A DNA stretch of 64,000 nt from Eledone cirrhosa (taxonomy: Eukaryota). The notes under the pieces are model-generated. The model was not told where the DNA came from, made no database searches, and saw only the letters and a list, made by a program, of their open reading frames with translations. The stretch spans positions 26,412,001-26,476,000 of the forward strand of contig OZ024759.1 in NCBI GenBank assembly GCA_964016885.1. Direction: 5' to 3'. The translations under genes were made by a program, and so were the position numbers. How positions within the stretch are numbered: position 1 is the first letter of the stretch; each line of letters starts with the position of its first letter. Of the stretch, positions 60,641 through 64,000 are shown piece by piece.

Positions 60641-60725
60641 ATACTAGCAAGTTGAGACCCAAGCACATCTACACGTCTAAATACTAATATATATGCAGCC
60701 ATCTATATGTAAGGGTATGCGTAAT

Positions 60726-60786
<61 letters not shown>

Positions 60787-60946
60787 AACACAATTATATA
60801 TATATATAGTGATAGACGGGGTGGATGTAGGTGTAAAGGGTTGTAGATATATGTGAATATATATATATACATATATATGGGGTGAGAGTTAGACGGTGGG
60901 TAGGTGTAAAAGTTTGGAGATTTATGTATATATATATATATACACA

Positions 60947-60989
<43 letters not shown>

Positions 60990-61502
60990 ATATATATAAT
61001 TTATATATATATGGGGGGAAAGTTAGACGTGGGTAGGTGTAAAAGTTTGTAGATTTATATATATATATATATATGTGTGTATATAAATGTGTGTATATAT
61101 ATATATGTGTATATAAATGTGTGTATATATATATATATATATGGGCAAAAGATAGATGGGGGAGTGTATGTATGTGTAAAAGGTGGTAGATATATATGTG
61201 GATGGTATTTATTGGTATATCGGGACATGAGTTGGAACGTATGTTAAGTAGATGATAGACGCCAATATTGAATCAAACATTACAACACATTAGAATGTAA
61301 ACAGTAGGAAATATTTGTTGGCCAGGGAATGTGTATAATACACTTGATATATCAACTGATATGGCTGTTAACACTAATGGATACACAGACACATGTATGA
61401 AAAGCATACCCGCGCACAAAACCATACACTGACAGTCTGTTTTTCTATTTTTGACATGTGTATACATATGTATTGCATATGTACACTCTCTTTTTACATA
61501 TG

Positions 61503-61590
<88 letters not shown>

Positions 61591-61728
61591 AAAGTTAAAC
61601 AAGGTTCAATGAATACATCAAAGAATGAGTTTTACAATAGATTGGAAGCACTCAACAGTAAAAGGGTTTCCAGAGTTATTAATATTAATTCAAGATATTA
61701 ACAAAATAGATATTCTTGTGATCAATTA

Positions 61729-61795
61729 TATTTTATTATACATATTTCAGAGGTACTGAGTTAAGTTCAACAGTACATCCTCATCAGATAAAATA
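61729..61795 (-). ncRNA. Type I hammerhead ribozyme (AUA site)
   Basis: TATTTTAT-CTGATGA-ggatGTACTG..CAGTACctct-GAAAT atgt ATA-ATAAAATA, with an 8-bp stem I. Confidence 0.75.
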
Positions 61796-61887
61796 AAATT
61801 ATGCATGACATACCCTGACATAGTAGATGGTACTACCATGACTGAATCTTAACCATCTACTATGTCAGGGTATGTCATGCATCATTT

Positions 61888-61949
61888 TATTTTATCTGAT
61901 GAGGACTTACTGTTGAATTTAACTCATCTGAAATATGTATAATAAAATA
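61888..61949 (+). ncRNA. Type I hammerhead ribozyme, mirror copy (stem II partly deleted; predicted cut after 61941)
   Basis: Intact core CTGATGA at 61896-61902 and GAAA at 61930-61933; 8-bp stem I. Confidence 0.65.
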
Positions 61950-62057
61950 TAATTGATCACAAGAATATCTATTTTGTTAATATCTTGAATTAATATTTAT
62001 ATATATATATATATATTTATTTATTTATATATGTCTGTCTGCATATGACTGTGTATG

Positions 62058-62089
<32 letters not shown>

Positions 62090-62168
62090 CACATATATGA
62101 ATACAAATATTTGTTTATATATTTATATGTATATATATTGGGTAATATATATGTACCTGTCATGTGTA

Positions 62169-62209
<41 letters not shown>

Positions 62210-62221
62210 TATGTATATATA

Positions 62222-62420
62222 TATATATAGCCAATACGTAACAGTACAGAGGTCTGGCATATATGTATACATATATATATATATATGCCGGACCTCTGTA
62301 CCGTTATGTATTGGCTATATCTGGGTTACGATGGAAGACAGACTTGTCTCAATTAAGGCACAGTGAGTGGAAATCCGGATCTACAGGTTTTTGAAGCGCC
62401 CCTCTTCAGTATACGACCGT
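62222..62420. repeat. Fold-back inverted repeat with (TA)n spacer (62222-62320) next to a decayed HHR-like motif on the - strand
   Basis: atagccaatacgtaacagtacagaggtctggcat / atgccggacctctgtaccgttatgtattggctat. Minus strand reads CTGAAGAggggcgcttcaAAAACctGTA. Confidence 0.6.
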
Positions 62421-62927
62421 GTCTGCACCAAGATATCACTACGATAACGGCAACACGTATTCAGAAATGTTATCTGTAAGAAAACCATTGTTACTTCTAA
62501 GCAAATCTCTTTAACTATACTTTAGTAAATTCACTTGAATTAATTAGTCTCTTTAGAGTCTTTCATTGTTAAGGAATTGTCAATGGAGTTTGAGAATTGC
62601 TTTTATTGGTTCTTCGTGATACATGGAACCAAGTTATGAGTGAATTCAGAAGCAGAGAGGTTTTACTTTGAGATGCCATCTACACCTGCTTATAGAAATA
62701 ACTTTATTTTAATTTACGTCACTCATATATATAACTCGTTTCATTTATAATAAGTATTGAGTTCCAAAAATTCGTTTACGAATGAATTTGTTGAATGTGT
62801 ATACACCTGTTCGCGAAATGTTTGTGAAATTTTTAGCTCAACTAATCCTTTATACACTCTCTAACTAATTGGTCTCATTCCCCTGTCAGCAAATTACACC
62901 TACTTGGCAAACAGTTTATACATACAT

Positions 62928-63592
62928 ATATGTAAGTATGGTCCCGTAACTCCTGATAGACATAGAGGCGCGGTATTGACATACGGTGTCTCTTCGGTAT
63001 TTTTAGCCTGGCGGAGCCCATCCCTCTACAGGCCTGAGTACAGAAGACTTCTTCCAGAGAAAGATAGAAAGTGAGATAGAGGAAAGGAGAAAGAGGTGTA
63101 GAGGAAGAATAGCCTCACCAACCCGCAATTGGTTTTAGTCATGTCAGTACTCTGACATGACTAAAACCAAAACAGAAAGGGATGGAGGTCAATTAGATAG
63201 GTGTTCCTCCGACAGGAGTGAAAAGGCTCTGGATTGAATATGAAGATAAAAGGTTGCGAATTGGCAGAGTCGTTAGAACGTCGGATAGAATGCTTTATGA
63301 TATTCGTTCCACCTCTCTGTTCTCTGAGTTCAAATCCTGCTGAGGTCAACTTTGCCTTTCATCCTTTCTAAGTCGATAAAAAAGTACCAGTCTAGTACTG
63401 GGGTCGATTCTTCCTCTACATCTCTTTCTCGTTTCCTCTCTCTCACTTTCTCTCTTTCTCTGGAAGAAATCTGCTGAACTCCGGCCTGGAGAGGGATGGA
63501 CTCCACCATTCTGAAAATGCCCAAGAGACGCCGTATGTCAATACGGCGCCTCTACTACTCTATCAAGAATTACGGTTCCATACATACATATA
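62928..63592. mobile_element. Two family D SINE copies forming a ~180-bp inverted repeat, with a 19-bp hairpin at 63129-63170
   Basis: 62928-63110 is the diverged reverse complement of 63408-63590. SINE head and core at 63255-63408. Confidence 0.75.
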
Positions 63593-64000
63593 TAATATGT
63601 ATCATTTGATATTTAATATATTATATCATATCTACTAGGCCCCACCAGAACCCCTTTAGTCTCTAGCGCCTCCCTGGACCTCCTCAACGCCCCCTGGGGA
63701 GCAGAAGCTCCAGCTTTAAGCACCTCTTCTCTAAATCCTTGAGCGACACACTGTAAAATTTCTACTTAAAATTCGTTCTTGACTACAACATAATCATGAT
63801 TTGATTTTATTAATTTTAGATCCGGGTGGAAAACAAATATTCTAACAATAAAATTTCACTGAAAACATTCACATATATATAATGTTAGCTAGGTAAATCA
63901 ATCATAATATACATACACATCTTTATAACTGTGTATTGTTTGTGTTTATTTTGTTATTCACGTTGTTTTCACTGTATCTTACATTTGTTGCAAACGTTTT

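Larger units (their letters stand above)
61588..61997. mobile_element. Penelope-like inverted pLTR pair (arms 61681-61831 and 61852-61997) with tail 61588-61680
   Basis: ~150-bp arms, 20-bp spacer, (TA)n on both sides. Confidence 0.78.

Overview
AT-rich eukaryotic genomic DNA dominated by microsatellites and retroelements. The repeat landscape looks like an octopod cephalopod (inference; not database-checked). (1) 256-14495 (+) holds eight phase-consistent exons of a ceruloplasmin/hephaestin-like six-domain multicopper oxidase, from the end of domain 2 through domain 6; its 5' part lies upstream of the window. (2) 20281-25290 (-) is an apparently full-length CR1-type LINE. Its ORF1 combines a Myb/SANT-like domain, polyQ and two CCCH fingers. 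Its APE-RT ORF2 has no start ATG and overlaps ORF1 in the -1 frame across two correctly phased slippery heptamers. (3) Many short inserts sit between (TA)n tracts and carry minimal hammerhead ribozyme (HHR) cores (CTGATGA...GAAA...UH), often as inverted pairs, as expected for Penelope-like pseudo-LTR ends. (4) There are also tRNA-derived SINE arrays, RTE, Tx1-like and R4/Dong-like LINE fragments (some inside specific microsatellites), and mariner, piggyBac, hAT, pogo and Helitron-type relics. Nearly all long Y/I/C/M/H/T-rich ORFs in the track are microsatellite artefacts.
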